Position numbers and translations under genes: made by a program. Of a stretch of DNA of 64,000 nucleotides, positions 36,824 through 47,321 are shown in pieces; the stretch's first letter is position 1; every line of letters begins with the position of its first letter. Source of the stretch: Macrostomum hystrix (Eukaryota; Animalia; Platyhelminthes); contig CATNEN010000002.1 in the NCBI GenBank assembly GCA_950097015.1, positions 1,736,001 through 1,800,000 of the forward strand. Reading direction: 5' to 3'. Under the pieces are notes generated by a model. The model searched no databases. It was not told the DNA's origin and saw only the letters and a program-made list of their open reading frames with translations.

Positions 36824-37887
36824 CTATGTGAGGACTCGACGGTGAGGACTCGACGCTCGAGGACTCGGAGCAGGAGCAAAATATGCTTCGAGAATCTCCT
36901 TCAGCTCGTCGTATTTCTTGCTGGCCGCACCGAACGCCGAGTTCAGGTAGCGCGCCTGATCCTCTGAGACGTCGATTTCCCTGGCGAATGCGCTGACGAA
37001 GAATAGCGGCACGTAGAAGGCCAGCATCACGACGAGGTTTGCCAACCAAATGATCACAAAGCTGACGTCTTTCATGAGGCCGAGATTCACCATCATTAGG
37101 AAAGCATCAACAATCGGTTTCGGCAGGCAGCGCAGACATTTTGGCGGCATCAGCACATTGTCAGCAGGCAGCTCGTTCACCGTTGGCAGCACGGGTGGAG
37201 CCTCGCCAGGAATGCGGGTCATCGATAGAAACAGCTGACTGGGCGCCAGGGACTGCTGAGAGTGCCGAACCCGAGCGCTAGTGAGGTTCATCACCGAGCC
37301 GCTGTAGAAAAGGTCGCGACAATAAGAAAGGTTGGCAGTCATTAAGCTGGCTCGAATCTGGGCGATGTCGAAGCGACGGGCTCTGGCCGCCTTCGCCGCT
37401 TTGGACTTGCGCACGGCGCGTCGTCTGGCTTGCCACCTTCTCTGGTTGGCACAGGTTCCTAAGCACCTTGTATGCTGCTTCCCCGATGGCGGTGCTGAGT
37501 GTGGCCCCCTTGGCGGCTTCCTCCATGATCTAAGCGCATACGAAGTACTGCTCCAGCCTCTCCATGTAGACGTCGAAGTCGGAGTACCTGGATAGTTCTG
37601 GGATGCAGCTGAGCGCTGAACTCGTCGCCATTGTACGCAGTAGGTTCTATTGGGAACGGACCCCAAGCAATCTAAAGATAGAAGTGAGGAGCCCAACGCT
37701 GAGGCTCAATATTATATTTGTGGGCCCTGGCCCCGAGAACAAACACGCTGCAGCCAGCGAGTGGGGAGAAACAGGAAAGTTCGGTGTGCTTGGAGCTAAA
37801 GAAGCGGACAGAGGTGTACAGTAACAGTCACAGTCATTGCCCAAGGCCAGGCGTGCAGACTCAGGGTCTGCAGCCCAGGCCATCACA
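36824..37887 (-). mobile_element. Truncated Ty3/Gypsy element: candidate 5' LTR, PBS and gag 5' end
   Basis: Candidate LTR TGTGATG...TACA at 37887-37632 and PBS TGGCGACGAG at 37630-37621. The gag ATG overlaps the PBS. Gag reads DFDVYMERLEQYFVCA*...AIGEAAYKVLRNLCQPEKVAS | KKYDELKEILEAYFAPAPS. Confidence 0.8.
36922..37429 (-). pseudogene. 508-bp SLC16 gene fragment inserted into gag
   Basis: Reverse complement matches 42247-42772 minus the 18-bp copy-2 indel. Confidence 0.9.
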
Positions 37888-37959
37888 GAATCCATCCTAT
37901 TTTAGCTAGCGAGCAATTTGTGAGGGCGCGCTCTCCACGGTCGAAACTCCAATGTACAG

Positions 37960-38140
37960 TGCTGGTTTGGGGTTCGCAGAGTCTGTGTACAACGCTAGCT
38001 GGTTTGCCGTTCGCGTGGTCTATGTACAATGCTGGTTTGCGCTTCGCGGGGTCTGTGTACAATGCTGGTTTGCCGTTCGCGTGGTCTATTTACAATGCTG
38101 GTTTGAGGTTCGCGGGGTCTGTGTACAATGGTGGTGTGGT
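37960..38140. repeat. 33-bp minisatellite (tgtacaatgctggtttgccgttcgcgtggtcta)
   Basis: About 5 units. Confidence 0.85.
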
Positions 38141-38277
38141 ATTTGCGAGATACGAGTTGGTCCTGAAGGGTCTCAAGCCACTCCAATTCTGCGGAAGTAT
38201 CAAGCTAGCTTAAGAAACTGTTTATTTCAAACTAATATTTTAATAATACGAGGTATTGTGTATCTACAACCTAAGTA

Positions 38278-38584
38278 GAGGTTGTAGCCTAGTGGTTAGG
38301 GCGTCGGACTCACGACTTGAAGGTCGGGGTTCGATTCCCGACTCCACTGGAACAATTTGTGTCCTTTTGCAAAACATTTAACTCTGCATTACTTCAGTTC
38401 ACCCAGCTGTTAAATGGGTACCAGCATCAGCTGGGATAATTGAAGGTGGGTGTGGCGTCCCCCCAGTCCATGGACTGAACAGCTGTGCGCAGCCTTCAGA
38501 TGCGCCGCGCATTAGCAGCGCTGTGCTGTTGGCTGCACATATGACCCACTTGGGGCAGGTGTAACCAATTATTATTATTATAAT
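38278..38584 (+). mobile_element. CORE-type SINE, family B, second copy with (ATT)n tail
   Basis: Highly similar to 25307-25607 over its full length. Confidence 0.85.
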
Positions 38585-40941
38585 ATGTGTATCTATCTTA
38601 ATAAAGCAAAAAAATAAGCAGCATCTCGTTTGTTTAAGTGTGAATAATGAAGTTAAAGGCTTTAGTAACATTCTGACGAACCTGTAGTTACCTGAAGTAG
38701 GCCATGCAGCCTGTGGATGAGGTCTTAGATTTTATCAAAGGTTAACATCAAAACATTATGCGGAGGGCTAAAAAAGCCGACCCTACCACGACCTACATTG
38801 TTAATCGCTTTTTTGCTGCGAACGGCAAATGCACATACAGCCAAGATTTCCGCTACGAATGGCAAACTGCTTTGGCAGGTGAGTTTTCACAAATTCACTC
38901 GTACAAGTGTGCTTACATGACATATTTGCATTGGGAAACACTACTGAGTCACTTGGCATACAAAAGCACTGCATCTGTGCTTTCAGTGCTAAACTTTTCA
39001 AGTAAAACTGCATTTTGTATCGCACCTATCTATGGAAGTACGAGCAGTTCTTTCTACCTTATGTAAAATGTACATACTTTTTTGTTGAAAGAAGTAAACA
39101 AACAAACAGAGGAAAAGTAAATTTTGTTGCTATGATCTGATAAGCAAAAAAAATTGCTCAGTTTTTTTTGGGAAATTTACTACAACAATGCGAGCCAGAT
39201 TTGGCAATGCATTTTGATATGCCTAAAGTCAAATCGTATGAACTGTCTGTGGCATAGAAAAGTGAGACGCTCGTAGCAGGGGGTGTGAAGAAAACTTGAA
39301 GAAAACTTTGATGTCTATGGTAGAGTGTATTCATACCTCTTCTCATCTAGGTTCAATGCAAACAAACAATTAATTGTACCGCATAAAACTACAAATAATG
39401 ATTGTCAAATAGTGATACAATGGAAGTGATGAAACCCTTCATCAAACCCTTTGGCGCCAGACTGTCACAAACTGACCTCAATATATGCGAAGGCACGTAG
39501 CACAAAGGAGTGCTTTGACTGGTCAGTGGAGACCATGACCAGCCTCTGGGGAGCGTACATGCAGTACACACGCATTATTTATACTCCAGACTGAGTTAGT
39601 TTACATTTTATACTCCTTGGTGTAGAACATTTCTCCTTGGTAGAATTGGCCATGCCAATATCATACCAAGAATATCTCAAAGTGGATCACAGATTCACAG
39701 TTCTGTCTTCAGTTACGACCAGCCAATTCGATTTATTTTTCAGCCATTCGACCTTTCCTTCGCTATTTCTCGAAAATTTCCTCAAAACAGCTCTAGACAG
39801 AGAGAATTAGAGAGGAGAGAAAGAGCTCACCGCCACGGATGCACAGCGACAGCCCGCCCTACAGAGGGTGGTGGTTTGGGAAAAGCCGCGTCCTCCACAC
39901 TATAGAGAAGGGTAGAAAAACGGCGACACTGTACTTAGGAGCTGAAGCGGGAATAAGCGAGCTGCTTCGTGCGGCGGGAGGAAGCGGGACAGGCCAGACA
40001 AACAGGAAATTTCCATCCACAATATGCAATACAAGTATTTTCCAATTATTACATGCCGTAAACATGCTGACAGTTCGACTAGATTGGTAGCACGGGCCAC
40101 ATCGAGCTCTTATAGAAGTCGTCTTTGCTTGATTGGTCAAATTAATTTCGTCTATAGATTAACAAACGCTTCAATTCCTATCCATTCCCGTCGATGGCTC
40201 TCCTCTTAAGATTTCTCAATAAATAAATATTTTTTTTTCTTGCAGCAGTTAGTTTTTCCGCTATAGGTTATTTTCCGATGCAGAAGGTCTAGATGTATCC
40301 ATCAGTTTTGTGTGAGTGCATTCAAAGGCCTAACTGGATGGGTGGCTGCATGGGGTGAAAAGCGCAGCCCACTGTACGCACTGACTGCAGTGGCGTGAGA
40401 GAAAACTAGATCTTGAACCCCTTGAGGGCGTGTGGTGAGAGAATGCACGCAATTCTGCAGCCAATCCACTCTCACCTAGGACACTATCCGCTCAATCAAC
40501 CATTCCCATCTCTTGCCACAGCCCTATATAAAGATAGGCTATCCCTTGACTAGACGTACGTTTAATTATAAATTCTGGTCAGAAATACCTATCCTGAGCC
40601 CTATAGCATACTCACCTGCTAGCCTTAAATCCAGCTAGCTGGCCAGTTGGTCAACGGCAATCCGTCGGCCTTTCCATATATACTTTACCAACCAAGCGCA
40701 GCAGTGAGTGTCCCCCAAGTCGACCCTGCTGCCGCCTTCCGTTTTCCGTAAACATTCTTCTTTATTAAGCCAAAGGCAGCAACTGAAGATCATAAATTTT
40801 AGTTAATCCCTTATCGTCAAGTCCAATTCCTCTTATTGGATTCTCTTTAAACCGAAATATCCAGTGTCCAGAAAAGCTTCGTTATTGCACACGGTAAGAA
40901 AAACTGAAATTTAAAGAAAAAAGCGTCTATTATTGCTCAGA

Positions 40942-43410
40942 ATGACTGGCAACGGCGAGGGCGCAGAGACGGTTGCGGCTTCAGCCGAGGACGACGCCGA
41001 CGAGCGAACAAGGCTGACTAAGCGCGAAGAGCCTTCATCGCGGACGTCTCCGACGTCGCCGACCTCTGCGACGGGTCTAGCCAAGCGGAACTCTGTCCGT
41101 CTGGTTCGTTCGCCGCCGCAGTCGCCGACTCGAGGCTCGATGAATAGCAACTTAGAAAACGACAACGACGATGATCAGAACGAGCAGACTAGCGTTGATG
41201 ACAACGATGACGAGATTGAAATGATGCCCGTGATGGCCGACGAAGTCCTGCCGCTGCCATTGGACCGCGGCTACGCTTGGGTCATCACCTTTGCCAGCAT
41301 GATGGTCAGTTTCATCGTTGATGGCATCGCGAACTCTTTCGGCCTGATGCTCGTGGACTTGTGCGACTATTTCCAGGCCGACCAGGCGTCCGTGATGCTG
41401 ATCGGCTCGCTTCTGTGCGGAGTTGGCATGCTCACAGGCCCCATTGTTGGCGCGCTGGTCAACAAATTCGGCTGTCGGCCGGTCTGCATGGCGGGTGCTG
41501 TTGTTGCAAGCGCCGGCTTCTTCCTGAGTAGCTTTGCCACCCAGCTGTGGGTGTTGACTTTAACCTACGGCGTCATTGGCGGCTTCGGCAACGGCCTCAT
41601 TTACCTGCCGGCAATGGTATGCGTCAGCTTTTATTTCGAAAAATATCGCGCTCTGGCGATGGGTCTGGCTGTCTGTGGAACGGGCATCGGCACCATCGTG
41701 ATGGGACCGTTGACCAACGCCCTGCTTGAGTCGCTCGGCTGGCAGAACACGCTGGTCATCTTGTCTGGGATTGCCCTCAACGGCGCCGTCATGGGGGCCT
41801 TCATGAGGCCCAACGAGCCGCCAATCGTTGCCGCAGTGGCGAGCGGCTCTGTCTCCGCTGCTGGCTCGCGAATCCGACTTCATCAGTTGTCCATCAGCGA
41901 GCCAGCGGCAGCAGGAGCGGCGACAGCAGCGACCGGAGCAGCTGCGGCAGTGTCTTCCGACCACGACATGGTGGACCAGCTTGCCGAGCAGTACGTGCGC
42001 AGAACTCGTCAAGACAGCGAGGAGCCTGGCGCCGGAATCGGCACTCAGCTGCCAACCATTCCAGAAGCCATGCCAGCAGTGCCAGAGTCTCCTTCGGCTC
42101 AATTTCGGGCATCGCGTCCTTCTGCAAAGAAGCGACTGGACTCAGACCGTCGCATTTTCTTGAGCACAATCAGCGGCTTCGACGTCAGCTCAGTGGGCAA
42201 CCTGAGCGAACCAGACGCACTTTTGAAGTCGCTGCCGACTCTTTTTGCCAGACGACGCGCCGTGCGCAAGTCCAAAGCGGCGAAGGCGACCAGGGCCCGT
42301 CGCTTCGACATCGCCCAGATTCGAGCCGGCGTCACTACTGCCAACCTGTCTGACCTGCGCAGACCGTTTTACCGTCGCGACCTTTTCTACAGCGGCTCGG
42401 TGATGAACCTCACTAGCGCTCGGGTTCGGCACTCTCAGCAGTCCCTGGCGCCCAGTCAGCTGTTTCTATCAATGACCCGCATTCCTGGCGAGGCTCCGCC
42501 CGTGCTGCCAACGGTGAACGAGCTGCCTGCTGACAATATGCTGACGCCGCCAAAATGTCTGCGCTGCCTGCCGAAACCGATTGTTGATGCTTTCCTAATG
42601 ATGGTGAATCTCGGCCTCATGAAAGACGTCAGCTTTGTGATCATTTGGTTGGCAAACCTCGTCGTGATGCTGGCCTTCTACGTGCCGCTATTCTTCGTCA
42701 GCGCATTCGCCAGGGAAATCGACGTCTCAGAGGATCAGGCGCGCTACCTGAACTCGGCGTTCGGTGCGGCCAACACAATCTGCAGGATCCTCGTTGGCTG
42801 GATTGCCAGCAATCCGAAAGTCTCTCCGCTGCTGATTAACAACATCTCATTGCTGTTGAGTGGCGTGTTCTGCATCATGCTGAACTTCTGCACCGGCTTC
42901 TGGTCATTGCTGTCCGTTTACACCCTGCTGGGCATCTGTCTCGCACCTGTGATCACTCTGACCTCGGAGATTCTGTGCAAGTTGGTCGGGCTGGACAACC
43001 TCACGAACGCATTCGGCCTCGTCACGATGGCCCGCGGCATCAGCACCTGCGTCGGCTCTCCTCTCACCGCTTCGCTGTACAACGACACGACAAAATACAA
43101 CCTACCGTTCTCGTTCGGCGGCAGTCTGTTCATCGTCAGCTCGATCATCTTCAGCATCCTGTTGCTGCCCCATTTCCGTCGCAAGGAGGAGGACAACCAG
43201 CAGAAAGTGGAGGAGCTGATCAGGAGCGCGCACAACCTCAACCCGAACTTGGTGCTGGTCGACGGCAATCAGGTTGTGGCGAGCAGCACGCTTGACTTGA
43301 ACCAGCTGGCCTCGCCGCAGCGCAAGCCGACGCTCTCGCATCAGACGTCCGCCATGGACGAAGTCATTCTGGAAGAAGCCGCAAAGGATTATTTCGAGGA
43401 GACGGTTTGA
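40942..43410 (+). CDS. SLC16/monocarboxylate-transporter-like MFS protein, copy 2 (full length), about 822 aa
   Basis: Intronless ORF from ATG 40942, just after the acceptor-like ttattgctcag. Same MCT motifs as copy 1, with native N- and C-terminal tails. Confidence 0.9.
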   Translation: MTGNGEGAETVAASAEDDADERTRLTKREEPSSRTSPTSPTSATGLAKRNSVRLVRSPPQSPTRGSMNSNLENDNDDDQNEQTSVDDNDDEIEMMPVMADEVLPLPLDRGYAWVITFASMMVSFIVDGIANSFGLMLVDLCDYFQADQASVMLIGSLLCGVGMLTGPIVGALVNKFGCRPVCMAGAVVASAGFFLSSFATQLWVLTLTYGVIGGFGNGLIYLPAMVCVSFYFEKYRALAMGLAVCGTGIGTIVMGPLTNALLESLGWQNTLVILSGIALNGAVMGAFMRPNEPPIVAAVASGSVSAAGSRIRLHQLSISEPAAAGAATAATGAAAAVSSDHDMVDQLAEQYVRRTRQDSEEPGAGIGTQLPTIPEAMPAVPESPSAQFRASRPSAKKRLDSDRRIFLSTISGFDVSSVGNLSEPDALLKSLPTLFARRRAVRKSKAAKATRARRFDIAQIRAGVTTANLSDLRRPFYRRDLFYSGSVMNLTSARVRHSQQSLAPSQLFLSMTRIPGEAPPVLPTVNELPADNMLTPPKCLRCLPKPIVDAFLMMVNLGLMKDVSFVIIWLANLVVMLAFYVPLFFVSAFAREIDVSEDQARYLNSAFGAANTICRILVGWIASNPKVSPLLINNISLLLSGVFCIMLNFCTGFWSLLSVYTLLGICLAPVITLTSEILCKLVGLDNLTNAFGLVTMARGISTCVGSPLTASLYNDTTKYNLPFSFGGSLFIVSSIIFSILLLPHFRRKEEDNQQKVEELIRSAHNLNPNLVLVDGNQVVASSTLDLNQLASPQRKPTLSHQTSAMDEVILEEAAKDYFEETV

Positions 43411-45239
43411 ACTGTTGTTTCTTAGAAGCCATTTGTACTCTATGCTTCAGATTTATCAAGGAGTTCTCAAACTATTTCACGTGAGAAAAAGACAATCCAA
43501 ATTAGTGTGCGCTTGGCATACTTAACCATTATCTTTCAGACGATCTGCATGTTTTAACATTTCGTATTTTTTGTCGAAAAAAACATTTTACTTTTCAACT
43601 ATGCTTTTGAATGTCCTTTTTCTACAGCCCTGTGATGTATTTCAATTTGTTCATCAAACTATTCCGATCCTCCTGAAGGTATACTTAGCAAGAGCTTAGC
43701 AATAGTACAATCGACGAGTACAGCTCCGTAGATACAATATGTAAATTCCAATCCGAATGGTGTATTCCGGTCTTTCTTCTATATGTCCCTGACAACAAAG
43801 ACATTTTTTCTTATTTAACATAATGCTGTAGCATTACTTGGGGAATGGAGATGCTGTGTGCCTCATTGTGAGCCAGTCAGTTCATTTTTAATTTTGAAGC
43901 CTCTAATGCATTGAAAATGCAAGAAGTTGTACGCTCAGCTTTCATTGTTGTAGTTTTTGTTTAAAATGTTCCTATTTGTGAACTTTTTTTCATTTTGTCC
44001 ACCCAGTTCTCGATGCTTTTTTGCTTTTGTTACCTCCTCATGTTTATTTGTTACGGCTATAGTTTTTCCTGACTTTCAAATAACGTTTTAAGATCGTTTA
44101 TAGGGTGAGTTTTTGGGCGGAGTTCTGGCAACGGAACAAAAAAGTCAATTTTGTTTTCTTAACTGGATTTTTTTCCCTCAAGGTCCTCTCGGAAGTTTTA
44201 TTTCCCGAGTTAAAAGCAGCATTTTCTGCTTTTTATTGTAATAATAAAGCAATTTATAAGCTGAATATGACAATAGAAACTTTAATTGCTGCTGATTTTA
44301 TAATATGATCTCTTTAAATATCGGTTTTATGCCCACAATTACAAGTACGTACTTTTTGTTATAACTTTTATCCCTTTTATCACTCTTATGCTAATATGCA
44401 AGCCAACCTCCGTTTACATGCTCCCAGAGAAGTCTGACTGTAGGCTGCAAGAAAGTTTTTTTATCCCAAAGTACAGTCTTCCTATTTACTAAGAAACAAA
44501 CTTAAAGTACTGCCTCATTAAAAACAGACTTCTCTGGAAGCTGCAGTTAAGTGCATCGCGGATAAACAAAAAATAAAATGCATCCTATCATTCGCCTCAA
44601 CTTGCCTACTTTTTGTTATAACTCGGATTTGAATTGTTTGATTTGAAACTTTTTTTAGTTTTTTCATCAGTATGTCTCGATTCTGAGGTCTGGGAGTGCT
44701 CTGTGCAAAATCCAAACACGCACATTTTCAGAATAACTCTCTTAAATTAGCACTGTTGCCCTTCGCAAAGCAAGGGCATTGTTATACACTTGTCATCTAA
44801 TTTTGTAAACTCTTTACTGTGATCAGGCTTGTGTGTATTTTAATTTTAGCCAACTCTTTCGTCACGACAGCTTACTCATTCTCAACCAGTTTTCTGACCA
44901 TTGCACTAATTTGCTAGCTGAACCATAAAAGTATGAGGTCATTTTTAAACCGCTTCTTTCAACAGCTCACCTTAAGCGTGTCCAGAGTGGAAATTTCTAG
45001 TTTATGTAAAAAAGGTACGCTAATTTGCTTGCTTTTTTGCTAGCTCTTGGCAGGGACAACTAAAACCCTCGTTTTGGTTGTCCCTGGCTCTTGGTTGATC
45101 GGAAATAAAAATGCACTTATAGTTATATTTAAGTTTTGAAGCACTCTTTCATTGTTGATTTTAGTTTTCACATTTAAGTTCATTATTGTGGATGCAATGC
45201 CACGCATTTGAAAAAAATCAATTTTGAATGGGTTTTCAC

Positions 45240-45890
45240 TTCAAGCCCTTCACTCCACACTCTTCACTCCACATCTGTCACCCCACACCCGTCACCCCAC
45301 ACCCGTCACCCCAAACCCGGCACTCCACACCCTTCGCCCTACACCCGTCACCTCACACCCCGTCACACCACACCGTCACTCCACAGCCGTCACCCCACAC
45401 CCTTCACCCCACACACGTCACTTCACCCCGCACCCCAAACCCGGCACTCCACACCCTTCGCGCTACACCCGTCACCCCACACCCCGTCACACCACACCCC
45501 GTCACACCACACCGTCACTCCGCAGCCGTCACCCCACACCCTTCACCCCACACCCTTCACCCCACACCCGTCAATTCACACCATTCACCTCACACCCGTC
45601 ACCCCACACCCCGTCACCCAACACTCTTCACCCCACACCCGTCACTCCACATCATTCACCTCACACCCCGTCACACCACACCGTCACTCCGCAGCCGTCA
45701 CCCCACACCCTTCACCCCACACCCTTCACCCCACACCCGTCAATTCACACCATTCACCTCACACCCGTCACCCCACACCCCGTCACCCAACACTCTTCAC
45801 CCCACACCCGTCACTCCACATCATTCACCTCACACCCGTCACCCCACACCCGTCACTCCGCACCCGTCAACCGTCACCACAGCTAAACCC
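45240..45890. repeat. Degenerate CA-rich minisatellite (core caccccacacccgt)
   Basis: Tandem core with longer internal duplications. Confidence 0.9.
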
Positions 45891-46540
45891 AACTACGAGT
45901 AATAAATCTACTAAACTTATGTTCAGGTAAATCAAAAAAAAATATGCATAGCTATATTTCCTTCCATACAGGCAGTTATAGTGCTGCTTACAGGAATACA
46001 AATACCATAGTGCATGCATTACATATCCTGTAAACTATAGCTGTAGTACAATCAGAAATGATTACATTTGCATAAGGGCTTACAGGGCTTGACTATCTAG
46101 TATACACTGACCAATGCTCCTCACAAACAATCATATGAATTTGGTAGAGGTTCAGCTTTCAGAGATAAGTTTATAAGTTCTGTTTGAAACTTTTAGACAA
46201 AGTTAAAAATTTAAGTTCTGAACATCTGTCTGAAGTGTGTTTAATTTGCAGAACACATCGAAAGGAACTGTTATTTAGTCATTTAACGACATTCTAAATT
46301 CCTAATTCTCACGGATATTCTTAATATTCGAAATCCGTGATAGCATCAATATCAATCCTGATTGTTTGGTTCGGTTGTCTACTGTCTGAGAAGCTGACAA
46401 ACAGCTACTAATATTTCTCCACTAATACTGGTAGTAGTGCAATGGTATTGAAATTGTTCTTTCGGTAACTCGATTTTAATGCACGACATTATTTATTTGG
46501 CGTTAATTGTTAAAATGAGTGATTTACTAAAGCTTTTTAT

Positions 46541-46815
46541 TTACACCTGCCCCGATTAGGCCACATGCATGCGGCACGGCTGCGCATCTAAAAGCTGCTT
46601 ATGGCTGTTCAGTCCATGGACTGGGCACCCTAATTTTCTTCAGCTGACACTCGTATCCATTTAACATCTGGATGAATTGAAGCAATGTAGATCGAGATAA
46701 GTGTTTTGCTAAAAGTCCATGGACTGAACAGCCGTACACAGCCGTACACAGCAATACCTGTGGCTGTGCTGTCGGTCGCACATCTGGCCCAATTGGGGGC
46801 AGGTGTAATCAATTA
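46541..46815. mobile_element. Inverted pair of family B SINE fragments
   Basis: 46541-46713 is a minus-strand 5'-truncated copy (CORE plus 3' end). 46714-46815 is a plus-strand 3' end starting at the palindrome AGTCCATGGACT. Confidence 0.75.
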
Positions 46816-47321
46816 TAATATTTTAAGACTCAAGTGGATCGCTCAACACGAAACCGCGTTCACCAAAAATTCATAAGATTTTAAAGGCCAGCAGGCCTAC
46901 ATTAAAATGTAACCCAACCCCTGATTCTTTTCCCACTGGTCGAATTCGCATGAATTTATCACGGTAATTCCATGGTAATTCCACGGTAATTCCCCGGTAA
47001 TTCCGCTGCTCGCCCACCGCGACAACGCTTAGCCTGTCAAATAACGCTGAGATGCGATCAACCATCTCTAAAAATATCACTACCCGTGTACAAACAGAAT
47101 GCGTTCTGCTTTTAAACCAAACAAAAAATATGAGTAACCACTGTTGTCCTGCTAAATTTCTTTGCACTCAGCTACAGATCCAGTTAAGACAAGAGTTTAG
47201 TTGAGAATTCAAATTAATTACCTTTTCTTCAGAAACAGAACCTACGGACTTGGCCCAATTTCTCGCAACACATTGGAACTAGCAAGACAATGAGAAAGTT
47301 GACTACTCAATAAAATACGTG

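Noticed and set aside
36824-37696. 290-aa minus-strand ORF as a real chimeric protein
   Set aside because: It begins in the LTR in a non-gag frame and is open only by chance through the inserted fragment; gag itself has a stop and a frameshift.
43600-45050. Possible decayed non-LTR element on the minus strand
   Set aside because: A-rich strand bias is suggestive, but no convincing RT or endonuclease motif could be read.
45208-45930. His/Pro/Thr-rich ORFs in three frames
   Set aside because: CA-rich low-complexity repeat that lacks stops by composition.
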